Part shown: in pieces, positions 20,981 to 29,987 of the stretch
Numbering within the stretch: position 1 is the first letter of the stretch
Layout of the letters: each line of letters starts with the position of its first letter
Virus record (IMG/VR): IMGVR_UViG_3300042561_000621
Source of the DNA: a virus
Taxonomy: Duplodnaviria > Heunggongvirae > Uroviricota > Caudoviricetes
Strand: one strand, 5' to 3'
DNA: 64,000 nt
Made by a program: the position numbers and the translations under genes
Notes under the pieces: model-generated
Database searches by the model: none
The model's input: only the letters and a program-made list of their open reading frames with translations
Told to the model about the DNA's origin: nothing

Positions 20981-21745
20981 TTAAACTCCTACTAAAAACA
21001 CTTCTAAATCATCATTACTACCAAATTGATATGGATTATAAATAAGCCTATGTTTGGTTCCTTCCATTTGAATTCTTTGTTCTCTTATTCTTTTCTTTTC
21101 CCACAAAGATAACACTTTTAAATAATCACAACTATTAATTAAAACCCAACATTTATTAGTTTTAATAACAACATTTAACTCTTTAGCTTCTTCTATAAAA
21201 TGACACCAAAGAGTAGGTTTATTATATTTAATAGTTATATAACTCTTAGCTCTCATTCTATAAGATTCATTCTCCTTACCAACATTACAATGTTTAATAT
21301 TAAACTTATTACTATCCCAATGAGTTAAGAAGGTTTCTAATCTATACTGAGGAAAAGCATATAAACCTCTACTCTCAGGTGGACTATGATAACTATCATT
21401 ACTAAAACTACAGTATCTTCTATATCTTTTAAAAGCTTCTAATAAATCTTTATTATTATCTTTCCAAGCATCAATAAGAGCTTCTTGATTATCTTTATAA
21501 TCTATTAAATGTTGTGGCGCAATTATACCTTTATAGTATTCAATACCCTTCTTATAAGACCAGTGTTTATCATATATATAATTGTCCCAATCAATAACAT
21601 TATATTCAATTCCAAACTCTTTCCAACTAACATTAATCTTATTACAAATAGTTTTGAATGCTCTTAATTGTTTCTTATTAACAGTATATTTGTGAGAATT
21701 AGCACTACCAATTCTCACAAATGTTAATGATTTTAAAGGTTGCAT
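20981..21745 (-). CDS. Hypothetical protein
   Basis: 254-aa ORF containing PPESRGLYAFP. Confidence 0.6.
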   Translation of the reverse strand: MQPLKSLTFVRIGSANSHKYTVNKKQLRAFKTICNKINVSWKEFGIEYNVIDWDNYIYDKHWSYKKGIEYYKGIIAPQHLIDYKDNQEALIDAWKDNNKDLLEAFKRYRRYCSFSNDSYHSPPESRGLYAFPQYRLETFLTHWDSNKFNIKHCNVGKENESYRMRAKSYITIKYNKPTLWCHFIEEAKELNVVIKTNKCWVLINSCDYLKVLSLWEKKRIREQRIQMEGTKHRLIYNPYQFGSNDDLEVFLVGV

Positions 21746-22080
21746 AGGACACGTTTATTTAAAAATTCTATTTTTTCTACTTTAATGTCTACAGTTATTA
21801 TATGTTCAAAGGGGTTAGATAAAAAATCAATATCTTCTTGATTGGGTTTTATCATGTATATAGTTGGAATTCCCATTGGTATACAATCCTCTTTAAAATA
21901 AGGGCCATTTATAAAATCAAATGGCTTAATTAAATCTTTATCGCACCAAGTTTTACCTGTACTTTTATAATATCTACCAAACACTATAGCTAAATATAGA
22001 TAAGAAGTAATGTAAGTATTAGCAACTAAGTATGTTAGATCAGATCTAGGACTACCATGATAATAAATGTTATCTGTCAT
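21733..22080 (-). CDS. Possible minimal ADP-ribosyltransferase-fold protein
   Basis: YYHGSP ... YIT ... FEH spacing resembles H-Y-E ART proteins. Confidence 0.35.
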   Translation of the reverse strand: MTDNIYYHGSPRSDLTYLVANTYITSYLYLAIVFGRYYKSTGKTWCDKDLIKPFDFINGPYFKEDCIPMGIPTIYMIKPNQEDIDFLSNPFEHIITVDIKVEKIEFLNKRVLCNL

Positions 22081-22113
22081 TTATAGTGTAATGTTGTGTT
22101 ATCTGAAATAAGA

Positions 22114-22509
22114 TTAATGTATTTTTAAATTAACTATGTTTCTGTTTCTAATAATAAAATCAACTTCATCTTGAATAAAGTTTTGAACTAAATCATATTC
22201 AATTGTTTCTTCTTCAATGTAAGTTTTACAAACAGTATATTCTTCTTTTACATCTCTTATCTCAAACCAAGCAACCCTGATGCATAAAAAATACAATACT
22301 ATCCTCATTAAAGATAGGTCATTTTCTTTTAATAAATCATCAGCCCATTGTCTAAGCTTAGAATAACCTAAAACTTCAAGACCAACTACTCTGTTATTAG
22401 TATCAATGTCAGCATTAATTTCTAATTCTAATTGCATAGTTTCTGCAACTTTATTATCATTAAATGTAATGTATAAAGCATCTACTTGATTATCTATTGA
22501 TAATTTCAT
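22114..22509 (-). CDS. DUF2283-domain protein with C-terminal extension
   Basis: DNQVDALYITF...VAET...DIDTNNRVVGLEVL. Confidence 0.75.
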   Translation of the reverse strand: MKLSIDNQVDALYITFNDNKVAETMQLELEINADIDTNNRVVGLEVLGYSKLRQWADDLLKENDLSLMRIVLYFLCIRVAWFEIRDVKEEYTVCKTYIEEETIEYDLVQNFIQDEVDFIIRNRNIVNLKIH

Positions 22510-23122
22510 TTTGTTTTAACTTCCATTTGTATTCAAAACAGGGTATGGATTCTCCTATAATTTCAAAGAATAACTTAACATCTTTTTGAATCTGTAATCT
22601 TAAAATATATTGAGATTCAGATTTAGAAACTTTACTAATTATAAAATGTAAATTATATTTGCTTAGTAATAATTCTTTAATAAATGTGCATTCGTCCAAA
22701 GTAAAACTGTTAGTAGCTATAGTTATTTGCAAGCCACCTTTACCATATTTAGAACAACATCCATCTCCATAAAACATATACTTTAAAGATATTGGGTTTA
22801 AATTTATTGTTTTAGGTACTATTTTCTTTTTATCTGTGTACCATAATTCTCTTAGTCTTTTATACTTTTCTCTTACTAAAGTTTGTACATAATAAGAAGT
22901 CTTATGATTAAAGATTTTATTTAATTTTTTATCATAACTAACTCTTGCTTTTCTTTCATATATTTTAAATCCTTCTGAATCTAAAACTTCAAGTAAATGA
23001 TCAGCAAACCCTTTATGTATAGTAGTTAATGTCATAAATGTATTCTGTGTCTCCTTTCTTGGAGAAGGAATACTTAAATCTGATAACATTAATCCTTCTA
23101 ATATATCTTCTTGTATTGACAT
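22490..23122 (-). CDS. Free-standing LAGLIDADG homing endonuclease
   Basis: GLMLSD and LKYMFYGDG motifs, IATNSFT. Confidence 0.85.
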   Translation of the reverse strand: MSIQEDILEGLMLSDLSIPSPRKETQNTFMTLTTIHKGFADHLLEVLDSEGFKIYERKARVSYDKKLNKIFNHKTSYYVQTLVREKYKRLRELWYTDKKKIVPKTINLNPISLKYMFYGDGCCSKYGKGGLQITIATNSFTLDECTFIKELLLSKYNLHFIISKVSKSESQYILRLQIQKDVKLFFEIIGESIPCFEYKWKLKQNEIINR

Positions 23123-23157
23123 AATGATTTTAATATTTATATTATTAAAATCATTAT
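23121..23157. promoter_or_regulatory. 15-bp hairpin overlapping the start codon of the homing endonuclease gene
   Basis: ataatgattttaata / tattaaaatcattat with a 7-nt loop. Confidence 0.6.
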
Positions 23158-23186
23158 ACCACTTATTTAAGATATATGTATAATGT

Positions 23187-23711
23187 TCATGTATTTAAAA
23201 GTTCTTTTCTTCTAGTTGCTAATATTTCTTCTAGAAGTACTGGAGTATAATTTATTTGTTCAACTGATACGTTAATATATCTTCTATCAGCTAAATTATT
23301 AGAATGGGTATGTCCTGCCACATTAATCCAGCCTTCTTTTAAGCATTCTGGATGTATTGGTATATGACTTAAAATACACTTTAAACTGGGAAATACTCTA
23401 ACTCCATATATCTCTTGGAAGCCTACTGCTAGATACTCTTTAAGGGTCTGTTGGTCATGATTACCTTTGCAGAGGCGCTTATGACCATTAAGTTGTTTTA
23501 CTAACTCTAAGTACTCCTTCTTAATAACAACATCACCAAGATGATACACATGATCTTGTTTAGTAACAGTGTTATTCCAATTAGTAATTATAGTACTGTT
23601 TAACTCCTCAACTGTATCAAATGGTCTTAGTTTATTACCTTCACTATCTGTCCACTTTAAACTATTTTCATGACCAAAATGAGTGTCACTAATTACATAT
23701 ATCTTAACCAT
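23187..23711 (-). CDS. Calcineurin-like metallophosphoesterase
   Basis: SDTHFGH, HLGDV, KGNHD, SHIP, GHTH. Confidence 0.9.
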   Translation of the reverse strand: MVKIYVISDTHFGHENSLKWTDSEGNKLRPFDTVEELNSTIITNWNNTVTKQDHVYHLGDVVIKKEYLELVKQLNGHKRLCKGNHDQQTLKEYLAVGFQEIYGVRVFPSLKCILSHIPIHPECLKEGWINVAGHTHSNNLADRRYINVSVEQINYTPVLLEEILATRRKELLNT

Positions 23712-23780
23712 TTTATTTAATCCTTATATTATCTACTACTGTTATAACAAGACATAATTATAACAGTAGTAAAAACTTAT

Positions 23781-24947
23781 TTATAATACATGAGCAAAGG
23801 ATAAAAACTTATTATTAAACTTTGATAATGAATAATACAGAGTTTCTTTTAACAAATATAAAGTAATTGGCTCTTCAGATGTAAGTTTTTGTTTACTCTC
23901 TAAAGAAGTATATTGATAATTAACTGTAATACTAAGTTTGTTCTTGTTAATGATTTTAACATTAAGATTAGTATAAGCTAGATCAAAATAAACATCTTCT
24001 GCTTTATTAATATCCTCATTTATTAGTGCCAATTTTTCAACAAAAGTATTATTAAACAATACATACATGTCACCCTGTTTAAACAGCACTTTATCCTTCT
24101 TAACAGATATAGAGTATATGTCATGGTCATCTTCAATTTGATTGTTATGTTCATCACAAACATAGAATTCATCATATAAATTAAACTCAATGTTTAACAT
24201 ATTAATAAGTTCTTCTATGTTGGTATCACTAAACAAGTTGGTAGTTTTAATAATTTGAAGAGTGTTATCAAGGGACAAAACAGGAATACCAACAATAGTA
24301 TCAATCAAATCTTCTTTGTCTTCTCTAGTAGATAACTTATAAACAAGTTGTCTTACTTCAACTTCTTCTAAGGAGCCAAAAGTCTTTCTCCACAATACTC
24401 TAGACAATCTATCAATGAGAGGATTACTAAATTTGTTATTGGCCTTCTCATTACCAATAAGTATAAACAATTGTTTGTTGTTAGTAGAACCATCTAACCA
24501 CTCTAATAAAGCAACACTAGTCTCATCCTCTAACTTCTTTTCATACTCATCAATGAATATAACAAAGTTGTTGAATACATCACTACCAATAACATCTTTC
24601 CATGTAGCTTTATTAATGATATTTAAATCTTGTATATATAATACTGGTAAGCCACTATCTAAAGCCAACTTATGAGCTCTTTTGGTTTTACCACTACCTT
24701 TTAAACCAAGATACAAAACTCCTAAACTCTTATCACTACTGTTAAAAGATTGAAGTACATGATCTTCAAACTTATCTAACAAGTAATACTCATCTAGATA
24801 TTTAAAGTCATTAGTCTTAGTTAGAAACATACCTCTCATATCAGTATATCTAGGTATGTAAACACCTAATGGAATAGAAGTAATAGCAGTAATAGGAAAG
24901 TTAAAATCAATGCTATTGTCTGAATTAATGTAAGCTTGTAGAGTCAT
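23781..24947 (-). CDS. AAA+ ATPase
   Basis: Walker A GLKGSGKT, Walker B FIDEYEK, DRLSR. Confidence 0.85.
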   Translation of the reverse strand: MTLQAYINSDNSIDFNFPITAITSIPLGVYIPRYTDMRGMFLTKTNDFKYLDEYYLLDKFEDHVLQSFNSSDKSLGVLYLGLKGSGKTKRAHKLALDSGLPVLYIQDLNIINKATWKDVIGSDVFNNFVIFIDEYEKKLEDETSVALLEWLDGSTNNKQLFILIGNEKANNKFSNPLIDRLSRVLWRKTFGSLEEVEVRQLVYKLSTREDKEDLIDTIVGIPVLSLDNTLQIIKTTNLFSDTNIEELINMLNIEFNLYDEFYVCDEHNNQIEDDHDIYSISVKKDKVLFKQGDMYVLFNNTFVEKLALINEDINKAEDVYFDLAYTNLNVKIINKNKLSITVNYQYTSLESKQKLTSEEPITLYLLKETLYYSLSKFNNKFLSFAHVL

Positions 24948-24955
24948 TTTATTTA

Positions 24956-26158
24956 TTATTCCTCATTTAAATTTATATTGGCATATAGTGTCATTGGCAC
25001 ATTATCAACTGAGTCTCCCCAAGCTATAACATGAGTGCTGAATATAAACTTAAAGTCTAATTCTGTAAACTCATACAAGTGATCCTCATATCTAACTTCA
25101 TTTGGCTCTAAATTAAAATATTTATTAAAGTTTTTATTAGGAGTACTAACAAGGATTTGTTTTATATAAGGATTTCTTTTACAAGCTAGTATTATACTTA
25201 ATGCTTCCTCATACTCTACATGCTCTAACACTTCTATTAAAAGCACCGTTGTAGGCTCTGTTAGTTGTTCTAATGCAGTATTCCAATTACTATAAAAAGA
25301 AGCTTCTACGCCTAAATACTCTGCTTTAGACTTAGCTTTTTGCAAAGTATTCTCATCAACATCAACACCAATATACATAGTAGCTTTGCTAACTTTAATA
25401 TACTTACCAGGACCACAACCAATATCTAATACACTATCTCTATACTTAATATAAGTAGACACAAACGCAAATCTTTGCTGTTCATTTCTACCAATATTAC
25501 TTAGGTTAATGCTCTCATTGTTTAATAATGGCACCACCTTTTTAGACATATTATCTTCAAGAATGCCTCTAAATCTATGTCTAACAATAAAAGGAATGTT
25601 GTCATTCTTTTTGATGATGTTAGCATAAACATTAACTTGATCAAGGGTTAGATAACTTACATTATCTTTAACAAGTTGCATAAATAGGATTAAAGCTGTA
25701 TATCTTAAAGCATCAATTAAACTACCATTATTAGTGATATTTAACTCTACCAAGTTACAATTATCAGCTATTAAACAATGTTTAATACTAAAATTTTCTG
25801 TATTAAATATAGATAAATGTTTAACATCAATATCTAAACATTCAATTGTTATAGTATTTAAAGAAGGTCCTTCTTCATACTTATTATTACTATCTTTTTT
25901 AATACAATCAAATAAGGTTGTTAATACTGTTAAAGCTGATTCAGCAGAACAATAACCTCTATATACTAAATAATTACCTTCTTTCTCAAATGAATCTTGT
26001 CCAACACCTTCTTCAAAAACAGCCACATATGTTAAAGGATTAACATACTTACCTACCACAAAACCTTTTCTACAATCTCTAATAAGAAAGCCACTATTAG
26101 GGTTCTTATTAAGAATGTAACTTAAATTGGAATTACTAGAATTAACTTTAATTATCAT
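24956..26158 (-). CDS. hen1: Hen1-type RNA 3'-terminal 2'-O-methyltransferase
   Basis: N-terminal SYILNKNP, SAM motif VLDIGCGPGK, EVLEHV, STPN..FN, RYEDHLYEFT; next to pnkp. Confidence 0.85.
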   Translation of the reverse strand: MIIKVNSSNSNLSYILNKNPNSGFLIRDCRKGFVVGKYVNPLTYVAVFEEGVGQDSFEKEGNYLVYRGYCSAESALTVLTTLFDCIKKDSNNKYEEGPSLNTITIECLDIDVKHLSIFNTENFSIKHCLIADNCNLVELNITNNGSLIDALRYTALILFMQLVKDNVSYLTLDQVNVYANIIKKNDNIPFIVRHRFRGILEDNMSKKVVPLLNNESINLSNIGRNEQQRFAFVSTYIKYRDSVLDIGCGPGKYIKVSKATMYIGVDVDENTLQKAKSKAEYLGVEASFYSNWNTALEQLTEPTTVLLIEVLEHVEYEEALSIILACKRNPYIKQILVSTPNKNFNKYFNLEPNEVRYEDHLYEFTELDFKFIFSTHVIAWGDSVDNVPMTLYANINLNEE

Positions 26159-26193
26159 ATTAATACTTATTTATTAATTATTAAAACATACTT

Positions 26194-26255
26194 ATAAATA
26201 CAAGTTAATTATAGTTATATACATAATGTTGTAACTATAATTAACTTGTATTTAT
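26194..26255. repeat. 24-bp perfect inverted repeat upstream of hen1
   Basis: ataaatacaagttaattatagtta / taactataattaacttgtatttat with a 14-nt loop. Confidence 0.85.
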
Positions 26256-26262
26256 TTACTTA

Positions 26263-26502
26263 TTATTTACCCAACAAGTTACTAATCCAACCACCTGATT
26301 TATTAACTGTATCATCATCAATTTGTTCTAAATCTACATTAGGCACTTCATCTATTCCTTCATGTAAATCACTGCTTAAACTATGAACATCATATGTAGT
26401 AAGTACAGCTTCTAATTTATCTGGTTCTGACACATAATACACAGACTCAGACTCTCTACCTTCTTTATCATGATCAATTACTTTTGCTTTCCAAAATGGC
26501 AT
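26263..26502 (-). CDS. Small acidic hypothetical protein
   Basis: 79-aa ORF with AGGAG RBS, between pnkp and hen1. Confidence 0.6.
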   Translation of the reverse strand: MPFWKAKVIDHDKEGRESESVYYVSEPDKLEAVLTTYDVHSLSSDLHEGIDEVPNVDLEQIDDDTVNKSGGWISNLLGK

Positions 26503-26530
26503 AACTTTATTTCTCCTTTATTATTATTAT

Positions 26531-28990
26531 TTATAATCTTGGATCTAGTCCTTGTTCTTTTTTCAATTCAAACATGAGTTTAATTAAAGTATTAACATAC
26601 TCTTTATTAGATTCAACAAACTCAGAAGAATGCATATTTAATAAAGCATTACCAAGCTGCCATTCATTAATACTTACTCTAAGTTTACCTTTAATGCTCT
26701 TCTTATCAATGAATTTATGTAGTATAGAAGTATAATCATGACCATACACTAGTCTTAAATAATCTACGTTTCTAACTTTAATATAAGGGGCTTGTCCTTC
26801 AACATTGTAGTAGGGTTTAACAACAACACCTTCAAGATGACTATATAGATTTTGTACTCTAATAGCTTCTGTTAAATCATTAACATTAACTACATGTAAG
26901 GGTGTATTTAATAAACTTAATAACTCATAGTTATTAAACTTGTTAAACTCACTATTACTATAAAGAATCTTATCTTCAGACTCAACTTTAAGTATATTAA
27001 AAGGCATAAAGTAAGGTGCTTCATTAGAACTATATTTATCTAGTTCAGTGCCAAAGATATTTAGGTTATCTAGATTACTAGTGTTCTTCCAATGACTAAA
27101 ACTACCAACTTGTTTGTTAGGTAAACTTACATTATTAACATAATCATCACTATTCTTATAAGCTTCTAAGTCAGAATAAAAACCCTCTTTAATCATAGTT
27201 TCAATGTGCAACTTATGACTATAATAATATGATTTAAATGTGTTTTCAATTAAACCTTTACCAAGATAAGACCAAGGCATTAACTCACAATCAAATAGAA
27301 CTGAAGTATATGATCCTAGTGAATTAATCCAAGTCATTAATTCATCAGATACACTATTTTCTAACACATCTATAGCAGCATCTAATTCAGGTGTTTGTTT
27401 AAGTTTAAAACCATTTCTAGTAAATACATTATAACCATCTGATGATACTTCTACTTGTGTTCTACTACCCATGTACTTAGGTTGTATTAACACTTGTGTT
27501 TGTCCAGTAGAGGCATAGTAAGATAAAACAGTTTTAATATCTTCTAAAGTACTTTCAGTCTTATCAGCAGGACACATAGTACCACTAATATAAGGCACTT
27601 TATTTCTAATAAAACTATTTAATTTTCTAGTATCATCATCATCTAACTTAACTTCTAAATCCTCTATTGGATACTTAAACTTAGTAATATGTTCAAGTTG
27701 TTTAACACTATCATCTAATAAAGACTTAACAGTAATAAACTTTTTACTATTAACATTATAACCAGTTAACACATTACCATAGCCAACACCTGTATCTAAA
27801 CCAATAGAGTACTTAGTTCTAACTGGCTTATCAAAGGTTAAATGACCATATAAGTGTAAAGGCCAACAACTATTATAATGTTTATCATCATAAATACTAT
27901 TAATCAATTCACACTTATTTTCATCTGTATAATACAAATTAGTCATCTTATCAGGACTAGTTAACAAGTACTTACTCTTACAAGGAGCATGAGTGACAAT
28001 AAAACCTTGACCTCTAATACTAGAATAACTTCTATTATAGAGTTCAATAAACTTGGTCCTATACTCTTCACTAATAGACATAAGTTGTCTACTGTTAAAG
28101 TGTATATTTTCAGTGTAATCTTTATTATTAATATGTTTATACAAGTTCTGCTCATGATTACCTTTCACAAGTAGAATATGAGGATTTGCTAATAAGTAAT
28201 CAATAATAACTGCATTATCATGTGTAGCATAAGAAGGATCACTATACTTAGTATCAATCCAATCACCAACTAAAATTGGCACATTTTGTTCATCTTTGAT
28301 GTTGCTAACAAGTTGCTTTAATTCTTCAACACAACCATGAACATCACCAATAACAGTATAGTTATTACCTTCTACAATTAAGTTATTCTTATCTTCAATA
28401 TAAGTAACATTAACACAATCAATCCTATCAGTAATTCTTACAACCTTGTGATAGTCTTTAGCTTTTAGTTCTTTAAATACATGTTTCTGCAACTTGTCTA
28501 AATGCTTTTGAATAACATATTTATCACCACCATCATTAACAAACCAGTCTTCTCTGTTCTTGTAATCAAATAAGATACAAACAACTTTATAATTATGATC
28601 TCTACAAATATTTAGAATATCAGTTCTAAATTGTTGGTTCAAACCAGTACTATCAATGATTACATGAGGCGCATTTACAGGATAACTGATGTAGCTTTTA
28701 AGCTTAGCATAAAGTAAGTTAAAAGCTTGTTGTGACACTTCAAGCATTCTTGGATCATACTTATTAATATTAGCTTGTCCAAGTAACTCTCTTCTAATAT
28801 CATCAGAAGAAAGCAATACATAATTTAAACTATTTTTATTAATACTAAGATTAAGAAACTCAGCTTCAAGTTTGCTAGCTAACCAGCTTTTACCAGACTG
28901 TGAGGGGCCAACAAATAGGTAAACAGTATAATCTTCACATACAATATTAAATGGTTTGGTCATATTAAAAAACACCTTATATAACAACAT
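26531..28990 (-). CDS. pnkp: Polynucleotide kinase-phosphatase-ligase (bacterial Pnkp)
   Basis: Kinase GPSQSGKS/SSDDIR/DST; phosphoesterase GDVHG, VGDWID, KGNHE, YGH, LDTG; adenylyltransferase ISGTMCP, QPKYMGSR, EGVVVKP, KVRNVDYLR, DPRL. Confidence 0.93.
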   Translation of the reverse strand: MLLYKVFFNMTKPFNIVCEDYTVYLFVGPSQSGKSWLASKLEAEFLNLSINKNSLNYVLLSSDDIRRELLGQANINKYDPRMLEVSQQAFNLLYAKLKSYISYPVNAPHVIIDSTGLNQQFRTDILNICRDHNYKVVCILFDYKNREDWFVNDGGDKYVIQKHLDKLQKHVFKELKAKDYHKVVRITDRIDCVNVTYIEDKNNLIVEGNNYTVIGDVHGCVEELKQLVSNIKDEQNVPILVGDWIDTKYSDPSYATHDNAVIIDYLLANPHILLVKGNHEQNLYKHINNKDYTENIHFNSRQLMSISEEYRTKFIELYNRSYSSIRGQGFIVTHAPCKSKYLLTSPDKMTNLYYTDENKCELINSIYDDKHYNSCWPLHLYGHLTFDKPVRTKYSIGLDTGVGYGNVLTGYNVNSKKFITVKSLLDDSVKQLEHITKFKYPIEDLEVKLDDDDTRKLNSFIRNKVPYISGTMCPADKTESTLEDIKTVLSYYASTGQTQVLIQPKYMGSRTQVEVSSDGYNVFTRNGFKLKQTPELDAAIDVLENSVSDELMTWINSLGSYTSVLFDCELMPWSYLGKGLIENTFKSYYYSHKLHIETMIKEGFYSDLEAYKNSDDYVNNVSLPNKQVGSFSHWKNTSNLDNLNIFGTELDKYSSNEAPYFMPFNILKVESEDKILYSNSEFNKFNNYELLSLLNTPLHVVNVNDLTEAIRVQNLYSHLEGVVVKPYYNVEGQAPYIKVRNVDYLRLVYGHDYTSILHKFIDKKSIKGKLRVSINEWQLGNALLNMHSSEFVESNKEYVNTLIKLMFELKKEQGLDPRL

Positions 28991-29066
28991 TATTAATAAT
29001 AAACAAAAGGACTAAATATATTACAATTTAGTCCTTTATGTTCATTTATAGTATTACAAACTAATA

Positions 29067-29471
29067 CTATTTCTTCAACTTCTGCAACTCTTCAATTGAT
29101 AAATCATCAAGCTGAGCATCTTGTTTTCTAGCAATTCTAGCATCAATCTCTGCATTAAATGCTCTTCTAGCAGCACTATCTTTAGCTTCTTGTGCTTCTT
29201 TATCCTTAACATCAAGGATGTAGCTAACTACTGCCAACTTAAGCATAGTTTCTTCTTGAGCTACAGTTCTAGCAACACTTGTTCTTCTTGTAAAAGTACC
29301 AAACTTAGCAACTTCTTCTTGTAGTTGAGCCTCATAATCAGCCAATGTATCTACAAGTTCACCAGCTCTTCTAATAGGTTTAAGTTGCCACAGTTGTTCA
29401 ACTGATAACTCACCTTGGGGCAGTTGAAATCTAGTACCTCTTCTTGTAACTTGTACAAATAAATCAGACAT
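29067..29471 (-). CDS. Conserved phage hypothetical coiled-coil protein
   Basis: RFQLPQGELSVEQLWQL...LSIEELQKL. Confidence 0.7.
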   Translation of the reverse strand: MSDLFVQVTRRGTRFQLPQGELSVEQLWQLKPIRRAGELVDTLADYEAQLQEEVAKFGTFTRRTSVARTVAQEETMLKLAVVSYILDVKDKEAQEAKDSAARRAFNAEIDARIARKQDAQLDDLSIEELQKLKK

Positions 29472-29510
29472 ATTATTGTTCCTTTTTGTTTTAATTATTG
29501 TTTTGTTTAT

Positions 29511-29536
29511 AGTTATACTTTAATTAAAGTATAACT
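29511..29536. repeat. Perfect 26-bp palindrome
   Basis: agttatactttaattaaagtataact equals its own reverse complement and overlaps the stop of the DUF4926-like ORF. Confidence 0.9.
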
Positions 29537-29900
29537 TAAGTAAATGTTTTTCTTTAATAGCTTCTTGATGTAAAGTTCTACCTTGCTCATCACAAAACTC
29601 TACCTCATACACATCATTGTAAATACCTAACACTTCAACTATAGTACCAACCTGTCCTACTTTAACTTCTGCATAGCCACCAGGAGAAGCCAAAGCAACT
29701 ACATCTGTGATGTCATACTTACTACTAAGTTCAAAGAAATCTTTGTTTAAACTTAGTCTTTCATTACCATACCAAATTTCTATATGATTATGTATACAGC
29801 CTTATGTATTATGAACTTTATACTTTTGGCCTAGTTTAAGCCAATAACCGTCTTCTTTTACAACTTTAACAGTGCAGTCTTTTACTATTTGTTTAGTCAT
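29520..29900 (-). pseudogene. DUF4926-like protein interrupted by an in-frame TAA
   Basis: MTKQIV...VHNT*GCIHNH...YDITDVVAL...VGQVGTIVEVL...YEVEFCDEQGRT. The stop is at 29802-29804, and there is no ATG/GTG downstream before the domain begins. Confidence 0.6.
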
Positions 29901-29987
29901 ATAACCTCTTTATTTATGTTTATCTAATAAGCTTTCAAATGTAAATATAGTAGTTATAAATTATGTTTATAACTACTAAATTATAAC

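Noticed and set aside
22490-23122. LAGLIDADG gene as part of an intron or intein
   Set aside because: The flanking genes look complete, and no group I core or intein terminal motifs were found.
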